Shown in pieces: positions 44,160 to 44,877 of a stretch of DNA of 44,877 nucleotides. Position 1 is the stretch's first letter, and each line of letters begins with the position of its first letter. The stretch comes from a virus (Duplodnaviria; Caudoviricetes), in the IMG/VR virus record IMGVR_UViG_3300048901_000305, positions 1-44,877 of that record; one strand, written 5' to 3'. The translations under genes were made by a program, and so were the position numbers. A model generated the notes under the pieces. It searched no databases. It had not been told where the DNA came from and was given only the letters and a program-made list of their open reading frames with translations.

Positions 44160-44431
44160 GGTTCTTCATCGCTCCCCGACCCGTCGGCAAGCCGCCGGAG
44201 TGCAGCCTCGGCCTCCAGTGCCCGAGTCCGCCATCCGGCCATTTCCTCCTCGGCGCTCTTCGCGCGCTTGCGGTCTCGCGCGCGCCCGGCATCGGCCTTT
44301 ACCGCCCGGCGGTGCCACTCGCGAGCGCAGCCGTCCAGCTCCCGCAGGCGGCGCTCGATATCGCTCAGCCTACTTGCAAGATCCAGCCACGTTATCGTGT
44401 CTCCGCTCGGCAATTGCATTTTCTCTTCCAT
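44135..44431 (-). CDS. Coiled-coil hypothetical protein
   Basis: AAGGAAGG SD; WRTRALEAEAAL. Confidence 0.65.
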   Translation of the reverse strand: MEEKMQLPSGDTITWLDLASRLSDIERRLRELDGCAREWHRRAVKADAGRARDRKRAKSAEEEMAGWRTRALEAEAALRRLADGSGSDEEPHGSSGGS

Positions 44432-44446
44432 CGGTTGGCCTTCCTT

Positions 44447-44518
44447 TTACAACCCGGCCCCGCAAAAGAGGTCCAGAGCGCGAGGGCGCCGCGCGACTTC
44501 CGGGACGCCCTCGCTCAT
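44447..44518 (-). pseudogene. 23-codon remnant of a C5-cytosine-type methyltransferase N-terminus
   Basis: MSEGVPEVARRPRALDLFCGAGL*; motif I FxGxG followed immediately by a stop. Confidence 0.65.
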
Positions 44519-44521
44519 GAC

Positions 44522-44780
<259 letters not shown>

Positions 44781-44791
<11 letters not shown>

Positions 44792-44877
44792 GACAGCCCC
44801 CACTCGGGCGCCACCGGCCAGCGGAAGATTTCGGCGTCGGCCGGGATGTCCACATCCAAGATGTGCCGAAGGTCAGC
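44781..44877. repeat. Terminal direct repeat, right copy
   Basis: Matches 1-97 with one mismatch. Confidence 0.97.

Overview
Apparently complete, circularly permuted genome (about 44,780 bp) of a GC-rich, podovirus-like tailed phage. A 97-bp terminal repeat (1-97 vs 44781-44877, one mismatch) closes the circle, and a minus-strand gene reads through that junction. The plus-strand late module (about 22170-44160, continuing at 389-5890) holds an atypical tRNA-Tyr, two paralogous cement-like proteins, TerS/TerL, a P22-like portal, scaffold, an N4-gp56/DUF4043-like major capsid, tail-tube/nozzle-like proteins, ejection proteins, a lysozyme and an LPD38-type giant protein. The minus-strand early module (about 5940-21320) holds a resolvase-like nuclease, DnaB, a beta-class DNA methyltransferase, RecT, YqaJ, a stand-alone LexA C-terminal domain, a DUF1874/AcrIII-1-like ring nuclease and a papain-like peptidase. 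I recognise no integrase, repressor, polymerase or primase. The most unusual items are: a degenerate citrate-synthase-fold gene next to a sulfotransferase-like gene inside the tail/ejection module; the AcrIII-1-like protein with an extra C-terminal domain; the DNA-binding-less LexA protease domain; twin late promoters, one with its -10 box in a perfect hairpin loop; a predicted antisense sRNA; and a GGATCAC iteron cluster. All family calls come from motif recognition by eye, not from database searches.
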